This document shows positions 50,990 to 60,934 of a stretch of DNA of 64,000 nucleotides, in pieces (position 1 is the first letter of the stretch; each line of letters begins with the position of its first letter). The notes below the pieces were generated by a model that saw nothing but the letters and a program-made list of their open reading frames with translations, was not told where the DNA came from and made no database searches. Origin of the DNA: Polyangiaceae bacterium (GTDB lineage Bacteria > Myxococcota_A > Polyangia > Polyangiales > Polyangiaceae); the NCBI GenBank assembly GCA_044222475.1, contig JBGANF010000024.1, forward strand, positions 13,717 through 77,716, written 5' to 3'. The translations under genes were made by a program, and so were the position numbers.

Positions 50990-53412
50990 AATTGCGCTCG
51001 CGTTCGCGCGTGCTGCATGCACGTGCCGCGCGCGCCGCGTTCGCGCTCGCGCTCGGGTCCGCCGTCCTCTACGGAGGGGTGGCCCAAGCCGGGAGCGACG
51101 ACGCGATCACGCGCGCCCAAAACGAGCTGTCGGCCGTCAGCCGCGAGAGCGGCAACGTCCAGACCGCCATCGACAAGGCCAAGGGCCAGACGCTCTCGGT
51201 CGAGGCGCGCCTCGCCAACGGCGAGCTGCTCTATCGATCGAAGGACTACGAGCGCGCGCTCGTCGTCTTGAGCGAGATCATCGAAGGCTATCCGAACACG
51301 CCGTCGTACACCGACGCGCTCTGGCTCCGCGGCGAGACGTTCTACGCATCCGGCGAGTACCTCTCGGCGCGCCGGGACTACCGCGCGATCGTCAAGCGCG
51401 GCAACGAGCCTCGGTTCCAGCCGTGGGTCGCGCGCGCTCTCGGGCGCTTGGTCGACGTGTCGATCCGCACCGGCGACATCGACTCCCTCGACGAGGTCTT
51501 CCAGAACCTCGGCCTCGTCCCGACGGGCACCGCCGACGCGGCGCTCACCTACGCCAAGGGTCGCGCCTACTACGCGAAGAAGAGCTTCGCGGACGCGAAG
51601 CAGCAGTTCGGGAGCGTGCCGCTCGGCACGGTCTTCACCCACCAGGCGAAGTACTACTTGGGCCTCATCGCCATGCGCGAGGCGCAGGCGCAGCTTCCCC
51701 CGCCTCCGCCGGCGGGAACCCAACCGACGACCGCTCCTCCGCTCGGGCAATACAAAGCCGCGATCGACGCGTTCAAGCAGGTCACCGACCTCCCGCCCGA
51801 CACCGAAGAGCACCGTCACGTGATCGATCTCGCGTGGATGGCCATCGGCCGCCTCGCGTACGAGATGGAGCAGTTCCAGCTCGCGAGCGAGTCGTACTCC
51901 AAGGTGGGCCGTGAATCGCCCGAGTTCGACACGATGCTGTTCGAGCTCGCGTGGGTCTACGTTCGCCTCGGCGACGTGCAGCGCGCCGAGCGCGCGCTCG
52001 AGGTTCTCTCGATCGCCGATCCGGACTCGAGCTACATCGCCGACGGCACGCTGCTCCGCGCCGACCTGCTCCTCCGCGCCGGCGCCTTCGACAAGGCTCT
52101 CCAGCTCTACACGTCGGTGCGCGAGCAGTACGACCCGATGCGCGCCAAGGTGGACAGCTTCCTCGACTCGACCAAGGACCCGGCGGTCTACTACGAGAAG
52201 CTCTCGGCGCAGGAGCTCGACGCTCTCGATCCGAGCGCCGCGCTCCCGGCGATCGCCATCAAGTGGGCGCGCGAGATGGAGGACGGCCCGATGGCGTTCG
52301 CCGTCATCGACGACGTCAACCAGTGCAAGAAGCTCATCAAGGACTCCGAGCTCTTGATCGACAAGCTCAACGCGCTGACGAGCGCCTCGAACCGCGTCCG
52401 CGCGTTCCCCGAGCTGCTCGCCGGCGAAGAGCTCGCGCTCGGCCTCATCAACCGCCTCTCGCAGGCCCGGCTCGACATCGCCAAGGGTCTCGACGCCGAG
52501 GAGCCCGGCTCGCTCTCGGGTGACATCAACCAAACGCGCGACGAGCGCCGTCGCGTCATGAACGACATCGGCGCTCTCCCGACGACGTCGGGCGGGTTCG
52601 CCGAGCGCGATCAAGCGGGCATGGCGCAGTGGAACGCCGTCTCGCAGAACCTGAGCCGCGGTCAGCTCGAGATCGACCAGCTCCAAGCGGTGGTCAACGG
52701 CCTCCGCCGGATGCTCCGCGAAGACGCCCAACGCGGCGTCGCGCGCGATCCGGAGACGCTCCGTCGCTTCAACGAGGAGATCGACGCCAACGAGCGGCTC
52801 CTGAAGCAGTATCGCGACGACGTCGCGACGGTGCGCCGGCAGATCGAGGTCGGTCGCGCCTCGGTGGGGCTCGGCGATTCGCGCTACCAGAACGACGCGT
52901 TCGTGCGTGGTCAGTTCCGCGACCTCCTCGAGCGCGAGATCCAGCTCGCCGGCACCGGCGCCGCCGGCCGCGACGCGCAGGTGTACGCGCAGCGCGTCCA
53001 AGGGGTGCTCACCCAGATCCGCGCCCAAGAGGATCAGCTCGCCGGCGCCTTCGCTCAGCTCGAGAGCCAGGTCGCTGCGCGCACCGCGGAGCTCAAGCAG
53101 AAGATCGACGCCGAGGCGGCGAACATCGCGAACTACAAGGGCCAGCTCGACAAGCTCGACAACGAGGCGAAGGACCTCGTCGGCCTCGTCGCGCAGCGCA
53201 ACTTCGGGATGGTGCGGGACAAAATCCGCAACATCGTCCTCCGCGCCGACGTCGGCATCACCGAGCAAGCGTGGGAGGTCCGTGAAGAGGAGCTCGATCG
53301 CGTGCGTAGCCTCCAGACCGAGCGCGCGCGCGAGGAGCAACTCCTCGACGAAGAGCTCCGCGAAGTCCTCGACGACGCGAACGACGACAAGGACAAGGGT
53401 CCGCAGAAATGA
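50986..53412 (+). CDS. Exported TPR/coiled-coil protein (GltC-like by position)
   Basis: GTGA coupling; TPR helices; LFELAWVY; C-terminal coiled coil. Confidence 0.75.
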   Translation: MKLRSRSRVLHARAARAAFALALGSAVLYGGVAQAGSDDAITRAQNELSAVSRESGNVQTAIDKAKGQTLSVEARLANGELLYRSKDYERALVVLSEIIEGYPNTPSYTDALWLRGETFYASGEYLSARRDYRAIVKRGNEPRFQPWVARALGRLVDVSIRTGDIDSLDEVFQNLGLVPTGTADAALTYAKGRAYYAKKSFADAKQQFGSVPLGTVFTHQAKYYLGLIAMREAQAQLPPPPPAGTQPTTAPPLGQYKAAIDAFKQVTDLPPDTEEHRHVIDLAWMAIGRLAYEMEQFQLASESYSKVGRESPEFDTMLFELAWVYVRLGDVQRAERALEVLSIADPDSSYIADGTLLRADLLLRAGAFDKALQLYTSVREQYDPMRAKVDSFLDSTKDPAVYYEKLSAQELDALDPSAALPAIAIKWAREMEDGPMAFAVIDDVNQCKKLIKDSELLIDKLNALTSASNRVRAFPELLAGEELALGLINRLSQARLDIAKGLDAEEPGSLSGDINQTRDERRRVMNDIGALPTTSGGFAERDQAGMAQWNAVSQNLSRGQLEIDQLQAVVNGLRRMLREDAQRGVARDPETLRRFNEEIDANERLLKQYRDDVATVRRQIEVGRASVGLGDSRYQNDAFVRGQFRDLLEREIQLAGTGAAGRDAQVYAQRVQGVLTQIRAQEDQLAGAFAQLESQVAARTAELKQKIDAEAANIANYKGQLDKLDNEAKDLVGLVAQRNFGMVRDKIRNIVLRADVGITEQAWEVREEELDRVRSLQTERAREEQLLDEELREVLDDANDDKDKGPQK

Positions 53413-56400
53413 CGACCACAGCGAAGCAACGAGGGCGCGGACTGCTCGCTCTCGGCACGGTAGCCGCCGTGCTCGGGTTCTCCATGACCGTCGGTGCGCA
53501 GCCTGCACCAGCGACGAGCGCGAAGCCGGCAGGGTCGACGAGCGCAGCCGCCTCCGCGTCGGCCTCCGCCGCTCCCGCCACCTCGGCGGCCGCGAGCGCG
53601 AGCTCCAGCGCGGCTCCGGTCGACACCGCCGCCACCACGCCGACGGCGTCGGCGCGCAAGAGCCCGCCGCCGCCTCCGCCCACGCCGGCCCAGGTCGCCG
53701 CTCTCGAGGCAGCGCAGAAGGAAGCCGACGCGTACGGCGCCGGCGCCAAGGACTACCGCGACACGATCACGACGATCATCAAGCTCCACTACGAGGAGAA
53801 GAAGCGGAACATCCTCACCGGCCTCGATCACGAGATCGGCATCGAGAAGGAAGAGCTGCGCAAGGCGCGCCAGATCGCGATCCAGCGCCTCGAGGAGTTC
53901 ATCGCCAAGTACTCCGGCCCCAACGCCCAGCCCGAAGCGACGCCGGACGCCATGTTCCGCCTCGCGGCGCTGTACGAAGAGATCGCCCGCGGCGAAGACG
54001 CCAAGGACGATCTCTCGGTCGGCCTCCGTCCCGCGATCGCGCTCTACAAGCGCGTCATCCGCGAGTTCCCCAACTACAAGGAGCTCGCCGGCATCTACTA
54101 CTACCTCGGCCACGCCTACAACGACTCGAGCCGGATCGAAGAAGCCCAGCAGGTCTGGCGCTCGCTCGTCTGCCACAACAAGTACACGTACCCGACCCCG
54201 CCGGACCCGAAGAACCCGGACGTCGATTCGATCATCGCGATGCCGCAGGATGCGCCGCCCGAGTTCTGGAAGAACTGGCGCATGCGGTACAACGATCCCA
54301 AGAGGGTACACAAGGGACCGCCCGACACGACCTACACCGAGGTCTACCCGAGCGACTGCACGTCGATCCCGCAGCCCGGCCTCCGCGCCGGTGAAGACCC
54401 GAAGTACATCGCCGAAGTCTGGTGGCAGATCGGCAACTGGGAGTTCGACCAGCTCGACAACCGCGGCGGCGTCGTCGACGACGAGCCGATCGCCGTGTGG
54501 GACCTGAACCGCGCCGCGAGCGCGTACACCAAGTCCCTCCAGTGGAAGAAGCCGCCGCTCTACGGCGTCGCGCTCTACAAGTACTCGTGGACGCTGTTCA
54601 AGCAGCAGCGCTACGAAGCGGCGACGCGTCAGTTCGTCGCGCTCCTCCTCCACACCGACGAGCTCGAGAAGACCCGCGGCGACACCAACGTCGGCGACTT
54701 CCGCAGCGAGGCGTACACGTACATCGCCGGCTCGCTCACCAACATCGACTTCACCGGACCCGATCCGGAGGAGCCGTTCATCCAGCGGCCCGACATCGTC
54801 GACACCGAGCCGAAGCCCGAGGTCGCCGAGAAGAAGCTCCACATCGCGATCGACCGCGTGAAGGACCCGCAGCTCATCCCCCAGGACAAGACCTGGACGA
54901 TCGAGATCTACAAGGCGCTCGCCGGCGAGTTCCGGAGCCTCAACCAGTTCAACAACGCGATCGAGGTCTACGAGCTCATCCTCAAGAAGTGGCCGATGGA
55001 TCCGACGGCGCCGGACGTGCAGTTCGCCATCGCCGAGACCTACGACCAGATGAACGTCACGAAGAAGCAGGGCACGCCCGAGCACGACGCCATCGCGGCG
55101 AAGGCGCTCGAGGCGCGCACCGCGCTCGCGAACTACATCGGCAACACGCCTTGGGTCGACGCCAACAAGGAGAACCCGGCCGCCATCCAGAACGCCGAGC
55201 GCCTCGTCCGCGGCGGTCTCCGCCTCGCCGCGGCGACGCACACGAACATCGGCAAGCAGCTCCTCATCGCCGCTCGTGACACCGGCAACCCGAAGGAGCA
55301 GCTCGACTACCTCAACCGCGCTGCGGCCGAGTACCGGCTCGCGGTCGTCGGTTGGCAGGGCTACCTCAAGCAGGACGAGAACGCGCCCGACGCGTACGAG
55401 AGCCGCTTCTGGCTCGCCGACGCGCGGAACAAGCAGGTCCGCATCAACTTCATCCTCCACTCGATGAACCGGCAGAACCCGGAGCCGACCCCGAAAGAGG
55501 TCGACGAGGCGAAGGCGGCCGCCATCGACGTGCGCGACTCCAACGAGGACGACAAGTACCTCGACGTCGCTGCGCAGTTCGTCGTCGAAGAGTCGGACAT
55601 CCTGCGCGACCTCGACTACATGCGCTTCGACGACTCGAAGGGGACGCAGGGCTACGCCCGGCGCACCGCGGTCGAGCTCGAAGGCCCGGCCGACGATCAG
55701 AAGGTGAAGGTCGTCGCCATCCCGCCGTCGGTGAAGGCCAGCATGAGCGCCCGCGACGAGTACATCTCGCACGTCCCGACCGACAAGGACCCGGCCAACG
55801 ACAAGGGCGTCAAGAGCGCCATCGTGTACGCGTTCGACACCGCCGACGTGTACTTCGTCTACGGCGACTTCGCGAACGCGAAGGCCCGGTTCGAGCCGAT
55901 CTACAAAGAGCAGTGCGGCAAGAACGAGTACGGCTTCCGCGCCTGGGAGAAGCTCATCTCGATCGCGGCGAAGTCCAAGGACACCGAGGGCTCGCGCCGC
56001 CTCGCCGAGGCGGAGCAAGCGCACAGCTGCGCCGTCAGCGCCGATCAGACCGCGGCCGGGAAGAACACCCTCGGCCCGATCTTCACCGAGGCGAGCTTCG
56101 TCGACGCCGACAAGAAGTTCGTCGAGGCGTGCGGACGCGATCTCAAGAAGCCGGAAGACAAGTGCGATCCGGTCACGGCCGACCGCGTGAAGAAGTGGAA
56201 GGAAGCGGCGGACATGTACAACGCCGCCCTCGAGAAGGCGCCCGACTACCGCTCGGCTCCGACCGCCGCGATGCGCGCTGCGTTCTGCTACAAGCAGATC
56301 GGCGACATCAACAAGGCGATCGCCGCCTACGACCGGTTCATCGGTGCGTACGGAAAAGAAGAGCTCCTCAAGACGCTCGAGAAGGGCGATCCGAAGGCCG

Positions 56401-57710
56401 GCAAGGCGCCGGACCCGAAGCAGTACAAGGAGCGCATCGAGTACCTGACCCTCGCCTACGAGGAAGAGGGCACGACGTACTACGGCTTCTTCAACTACAA
56501 CCTCGCCGCTCAGACCTACGAGAAGCTCGCGTCGAACGTTCGCTTCGACAACGCCAAGCGCAAGGAAGCGGCGAAGAACGCGATGATTCTCTACAACGCG
56601 ATCGGCCAGCGCGACAAAATGCTCGCGATGTACAAGATCGTCGTCGGCCTCGGTCCCTCGACCGAAGAGAAGGCGAACTACGACTACCTCGTCGCCAGCT
56701 ACGACTACCAGCAGTGGAACCCCGAAGGCGCCGACACCGGGAGCAACCAGAACTTCCGGAAGTCGTCGATCCTCGCGCTGCAGGGCTTCTACGGCTCGAA
56801 CAAGGGCAACCCGGCGGCCGCCAAGTACGTGCTCGAGGCGGCGTGGCGCATCGCGCACATGAAGAAGATCGGCGGAGACCCGACGTACCGCGACTGGTTC
56901 AAGAACACGGTGGCCGCGTGGGACGCGTACCGTGCCCGCAACGCGGAAGACGCGAAGAAGCTCCCGTTCGCCGACTACGGCGCCGAGGCCGACTTCACCC
57001 TCATCGACGAAGAGATCGCGCAGAAGTTCGATCCGCTCCCCTCCTCGTACGTCAAGCTCCACGCCTCCGACATCGTCGGCAACTCGGACCCGAAGTTGGG
57101 CGCCGTTACGAAGGGCAGACTCGTCGCGGACGCCGCCATCGCCGACGAGTACGACAAGAAGCTGAACGACATGGCGAACAAGTACGGTTCGCCGACGTGG
57201 CAACCGGCGTTCATTGCGCGCGCGGGAACGCTGTACGACGGGCTTCGCACAGGCCTCTACAACTGCGGCGGCACGGCGTTCAAGCTCTTCACCCCGGCGC
57301 AGGAAGCCAAGCTCAGCCAGCTCCGTAACAGCGGCCGCGACGAGCTCGTCGATCTCGCCGACAACATCGAAGGCGCGGTCAAGAAGGCGTGGCGCGACAA
57401 GCGCGACCTCGAGATCGATAACTCGGACACGATCATGGTGCGCGACTACGCGCGCGCGGTGCACCTCGGCCGCACGTACAACGTCCGCAACCAGCTCATC
57501 GCTCGTGCGCTCAATCGCCTCGCCTACTTCACCACTCTCATCGGCGACGACAAGATGGGAGCCAAGGTGAGGGCAACCAAAGATCCGACCGACACGACGG
57601 GCTCGCGACTGCTCAGCTACAGCCCGCTGATGTACGTCCAGATGCGTCCGGGCTTGCCCGCGTCGCCGCCGCAAAGCGGCGCCGGTGCGCCGCTCCCGCC
57701 CCCCCCCTGA
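53409..57710 (+). CDS. gltD: Large exported TPR protein, GltD/AgmU-like
   Basis: AI..LE.FI..Y, TPDAMFRLAALY, AI..Y..VI..FP.Y, ALYKYSWT; position upstream of gltE/F/G-like genes. Confidence 0.65.
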   Translation: MTTTAKQRGRGLLALGTVAAVLGFSMTVGAQPAPATSAKPAGSTSAAASASASAAPATSAAASASSSAAPVDTAATTPTASARKSPPPPPPTPAQVAALEAAQKEADAYGAGAKDYRDTITTIIKLHYEEKKRNILTGLDHEIGIEKEELRKARQIAIQRLEEFIAKYSGPNAQPEATPDAMFRLAALYEEIARGEDAKDDLSVGLRPAIALYKRVIREFPNYKELAGIYYYLGHAYNDSSRIEEAQQVWRSLVCHNKYTYPTPPDPKNPDVDSIIAMPQDAPPEFWKNWRMRYNDPKRVHKGPPDTTYTEVYPSDCTSIPQPGLRAGEDPKYIAEVWWQIGNWEFDQLDNRGGVVDDEPIAVWDLNRAASAYTKSLQWKKPPLYGVALYKYSWTLFKQQRYEAATRQFVALLLHTDELEKTRGDTNVGDFRSEAYTYIAGSLTNIDFTGPDPEEPFIQRPDIVDTEPKPEVAEKKLHIAIDRVKDPQLIPQDKTWTIEIYKALAGEFRSLNQFNNAIEVYELILKKWPMDPTAPDVQFAIAETYDQMNVTKKQGTPEHDAIAAKALEARTALANYIGNTPWVDANKENPAAIQNAERLVRGGLRLAAATHTNIGKQLLIAARDTGNPKEQLDYLNRAAAEYRLAVVGWQGYLKQDENAPDAYESRFWLADARNKQVRINFILHSMNRQNPEPTPKEVDEAKAAAIDVRDSNEDDKYLDVAAQFVVEESDILRDLDYMRFDDSKGTQGYARRTAVELEGPADDQKVKVVAIPPSVKASMSARDEYISHVPTDKDPANDKGVKSAIVYAFDTADVYFVYGDFANAKARFEPIYKEQCGKNEYGFRAWEKLISIAAKSKDTEGSRRLAEAEQAHSCAVSADQTAAGKNTLGPIFTEASFVDADKKFVEACGRDLKKPEDKCDPVTADRVKKWKEAADMYNAALEKAPDYRSAPTAAMRAAFCYKQIGDINKAIAAYDRFIGAYGKEELLKTLEKGDPKAGKAPDPKQYKERIEYLTLAYEEEGTTYYGFFNYNLAAQTYEKLASNVRFDNAKRKEAAKNAMILYNAIGQRDKMLAMYKIVVGLGPSTEEKANYDYLVASYDYQQWNPEGADTGSNQNFRKSSILALQGFYGSNKGNPAAAKYVLEAAWRIAHMKKIGGDPTYRDWFKNTVAAWDAYRARNAEDAKKLPFADYGAEADFTLIDEEIAQKFDPLPSSYVKLHASDIVGNSDPKLGAVTKGRLVADAAIADEYDKKLNDMANKYGSPTWQPAFIARAGTLYDGLRTGLYNCGGTAFKLFTPAQEAKLSQLRNSGRDELVDLADNIEGAVKKAWRDKRDLEIDNSDTIMVRDYARAVHLGRTYNVRNQLIARALNRLAYFTTLIGDDKMGAKVRATKDPTDTTGSRLLSYSPLMYVQMRPGLPASPPQSGAGAPLPPPP

Positions 57711-57725
57711 GGCCTCGAGGCAGAC

Positions 57726-59011
57726 ATGAAGCGAATCGCAATCCTTGGCCCCATGCTCGCCGCCGCCATCTTGGCGGCTGCGTGTGGCGGCGACGACAAG
57801 CCGCCGTCGAAGTTCCCGACCTCCGGGAGCGACGGCGGCGCGACGTCGACGAACACCGACACGCCCACCGTCCCGACCGACACCCCGATCGAGCACGCCG
57901 ACCTCTCGGACGAAGCGCGCTCGGCCTACGAGAAGGGCTACAAGCTGTGGATGAGCGGCGACCTCGAAGGCGCGAAGGTCGCGTTCAAAGAGGCGACGAA
58001 CAAGGACTCGAAGTCGGCACCGGCGTTCTTCTCGCTGGGCTGCGTGCTCGAGCGCCTCGGTGACAACCTCGGCGCGCAGTCGGCGTACAAGTCGGCGGTC
58101 GCGGCGAAGAGCGATTTCGAGCCGGCGATGGGCGCATACGCGCTCAACCTCGCCCGCATCGGTCGGGGAGGGGACGCCGATGCGTACCTCACGCAGCAGC
58201 GTCAGAAGTTCCCCAGTCGGCGCGGATCATCACGTACCTCGCCGAGGTGAAGTCGCTCGCGAAGGACAGCGCGGGCGCGCAGCAGGCCGCCGGCGAGGCG
58301 CTCAAGATCGATCCGAACTACAAGGAAGCGATGGTCGTCATCGCGCGCGATCACCACCGCGCCGGACGCGACGAGCTCGCGAAGTACGCCCTCAAGGCGA
58401 TCCTCGAGGGCTTCGGCATGGGAACGCCCGCACGCGACCCGGAGAACGCCGAGGCGCATCTCCTCCGCGGGCTCATCTTCCGCGCAGCCGGTGAGCGCGG
58501 TCCGGCGATGAAGGACTTCGAGGCGGCGCGCAACAAGCGGCCCGACCTCGTCGAGGCGCTGATCCAGATCGGCGCGATGACGCTCGAGGCCGGCAACTCC
58601 CAAGCGGCGCAAGGTCCGCTCGAGCTCGCCGTGAAGTTTGCCCCGCAGAGCGCGATCGCCCACATGAACCTCGGCGACTGCTACCGCCTCGCGACCCGCT
58701 GGGCCGACGCGAAGAAGGAGCTCGACACCGCGCTCTCGCTCGACTCGTCGCTGGCGGCCGCCCACTACGACATCGGGCTGATGTACCTCTTCGCGCCGAA
58801 CTACCCGGGCATGACCGCGCTCGACCAGGTCGCGGCCGCCCTGCGCGAGCTGAACACGTACAAGACGATGCGCGGCCCGAAGCCGGTCCCCGGCGTCAAC
58901 GACGACATCGACGAGCTCATCTCCTTCGGCACCCAGAAGCAGAAGGACCTGCAGATGAGCACCGGAGGTGGGACGCCCGCCGCGCCGGTCAAGGATGCAG
59001 GAAAAGGTTGA
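57726..59011 (+). pseudogene. gltE: TPR lipoprotein, GltE/AglT-like, split by a 1-bp frameshift near 58211-58216 (may be a sequence error)
   Basis: Lipobox LAAAC; TPRs run continuously across ORFs 57726-58250 and 58247-59011; adding one base restores QKFP-x-SARIITYLAEVKSL. Confidence 0.65.
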
Positions 59012-59042
59012 TGCGCTACACTCTAGTGGTGGAGGTCCTCCG

Positions 59043-59279
59043 ATGATCAAGAAGCTCTTCGTCTCCTGCGCCGCTGCGGCCGCGTTGCTCTTCGCCGGCA
59101 CCGAAGCCCGCGCGGAGGGTCGCGTGATCACGCTGACCGAGGTGACGATCGTCGGTCGCGTCCAGAAGCCGATCGCCTCGGTCGACGTGAACAAGATCCA
59201 ACCGAAGCTGACGCTCGCCGAGCTGCGCCAACCGTTCCTCGATCGCATCGAGGCGGCGACGCTCAAAGATCCGTTCTGA
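59043..59279 (+). CDS. gltF: Small exported protein, GltF-like
   Basis: Signal peptide; ITL.EVTIVGRVQKP...F..RI......PF; lies between gltE- and gltG-like genes. Confidence 0.7.
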   Translation: MIKKLFVSCAAAAALLFAGTEARAEGRVITLTEVTIVGRVQKPIASVDVNKIQPKLTLAELRQPFLDRIEAATLKDPF

Positions 59280-59295
59280 TCCCAGGTCTCGGGAC

Positions 59296-59871
59296 GTGTT
59301 CGTCGCCGTAGCTCTCGCGGCCCTGATCGCGATCGCGTGCTCGGCGGCCAGCTTGCGCCGGCTCGCGTTTGCGGTGGCTCCCACCGCGTTCGACCCCGCG
59401 CTCCTGCTCGGCGCGCTCCGCGGCGAAGGCGCCGAGAAGCGCGTCGCGCGGATGCGTCGCGCGGCCGAGCTCGAGCCGACGGCGGACTGGGAGCGCGAGC
59501 TCTTCGCCGCGCTGGACGCCAACGACGCGTCGCGCACGGGGCTCGTGAACGAAGCGCTGTCGGAGCTCGACCAACGCGTGAAGCGATGGTCCCGCGTGCC
59601 GCGCGTGTGCGCGAGCATCGCGACGTCGAGCGCGTTCCTCCTCGCGAGCTTGGCGCTCCGCTCCGGGCTCGCGACCGCAAGCGATCAGGACGTGGTCACG
59701 AGCGACGCGATCCACGCCGCCGTGATGGCGGCGATCGACGTCGCCGCGATCGGGCTCGCCGGCGCGGCCATCTGCATCGCGTCGCAGATGCGCGCACGAC
59801 GTGCGGAGCAGGCCTACGTGGAGGCCGCGGACAAGCTCGTGGAACGACTCGAGCGGCTCGCCGGCCGCTAG
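59296..59871 (+). CDS. Hypothetical membrane protein (3 predicted TM helices)
   Basis: 191-aa ORF; the synonymous divergence pattern of its second copy supports this reading frame. Confidence 0.8.
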   Translation: MFVAVALAALIAIACSAASLRRLAFAVAPTAFDPALLLGALRGEGAEKRVARMRRAAELEPTADWERELFAALDANDASRTGLVNEALSELDQRVKRWSRVPRVCASIATSSAFLLASLALRSGLATASDQDVVTSDAIHAAVMAAIDVAAIGLAGAAICIASQMRARRAEQAYVEAADKLVERLERLAGR

Positions 59872-60112
59872 CGACGTACCCAGTTGGGATGGAGCCCGCA
59901 AGCTCCAGTCGGAGCGTTGGCCGAGTCCCGGCAGGGGGACCAACCGGCGAGCCCGGCGCCTGGCACCCAGAAAGGCGAATGGGTCGCGAAAACGCGTCCG
60001 TCGCACGCTTCGAGCAACGGCGCTGCGGCCCCGCCGCATTCGTCACGCTGCCGCTGCTCGAAGGCACCCCGATGCCAAGACGGGATCGTTGCATGTGACT
60101 TCAGCGTCAAGG

Positions 60113-60139
60113 GAACTTTTCGGTCCGGACGGGGTCTGC
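60113..60139 (+). promoter_or_regulatory. Candidate sigmaE-type ECF promoter
   Basis: GAACTT-16 bp-TCTGC upstream of the gltG-like start. Confidence 0.5.
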
Positions 60140-60169
60140 CCTCATGGTGGCGCTCTTCAGCCGCCGTCT

Positions 60170-60311
60170 TGAAAAGGAGCCCTCGTGATTCCCGCCCGCC
60201 ACGTAGAACCCACCGGCCGAATGACTCAGGTGATGCGCGCCGTCGCGCATCCCGACGCGACGAACGCGCAGAAGATCCTCCGCGTCGGCGTCGTCCGTGC
60301 CGGGCGCGTGG
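60170..60311 (+). repeat. Exact 142-bp direct repeat, copy 1 (RBS and 5' end of the gltG-like gene)
   Basis: Identical by eye to 60793-60934. Confidence 0.92.
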
Positions 60312-60794
60312 CGGCTCGCGTTTGCGGTGGCCCCCACCGCGTTCGATCCCGCACTCCTGCTCGGCGCGCTCCGCGGTGAGGGCGCGGAGAAGCGGGTCGC
60401 GCGGATGCGTCGCGCGGCCGAGATGGAGCCGACGGCGGACTGGGAGCGCGAGCTCTTCGCCGCGCTCGACGCCGACGACGCGTCGCGCACGGGGCTCGTG
60501 AACGAGGCGCTCTCGGAGCTCGACCAGCGCGTGAAGCGATGGTCCCGCGTGCCGCGCGTGTGCGCGAGCATCGCGACGTCGAGTGCGTTCCTCCTCGCGA
60601 GCCTGGCGCTGCGCTCGGGGCTCGCGACCGCGAGCGATCAGGACGTGGTCACGAGCGACGCAATCCACGCCGCCGTCATGGCGGCGATCGACGTCGCCGC
60701 GATCGGGCTCGCCGGCGCGGCCATCTGCATCGCGTCGCAGATGCGCGCACGACGTGCGGAGCAGGCCTACGTGGAGGCGGCCGACAAGCTGGTG
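60312..60794 (+). pseudogene. Truncated, diverged second copy of the 59296-59871 gene
   Basis: Aligns without gaps to 59359-59841 with ~24 substitutions; lacks the native start and stop. Confidence 0.85.
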
Positions 60795-60934
60795 AAAAGG
60801 AGCCCTCGTGATTCCCGCCCGCCACGTAGAACCCACCGGCCGAATGACTCAGGTGATGCGCGCCGTCGCGCATCCCGACGCGACGAACGCGCAGAAGATC
60901 CTCCGCGTCGGCGTCGTCCGTGCCGGGCGCGTGG
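60793..60934 (+). repeat. Exact 142-bp direct repeat, copy 2
   Basis: Identical by eye to 60170-60311. Confidence 0.92.

Noticed and set aside
53133..57896. Very long antisense ORFs (1587 aa here; also 3295-5994, 50782-53508 and others)
   Set aside because: Shadow ORFs expected from high-GC codon bias opposite well-supported genes; no recognisable motifs
59359..60794. Diversity-generating retroelement TR/VR pair
   Set aside because: Differences are third-position synonymous changes of all base types, not adenine-specific, and no reverse transcriptase is present in the window
60170..60934. Transposon with target-site duplication or LTR-like ends
   Set aside because: The repeats are the 5' end of a host gene, the cargo is a fragment of the neighbouring gene, and there is no transposase or terminal inverted repeat
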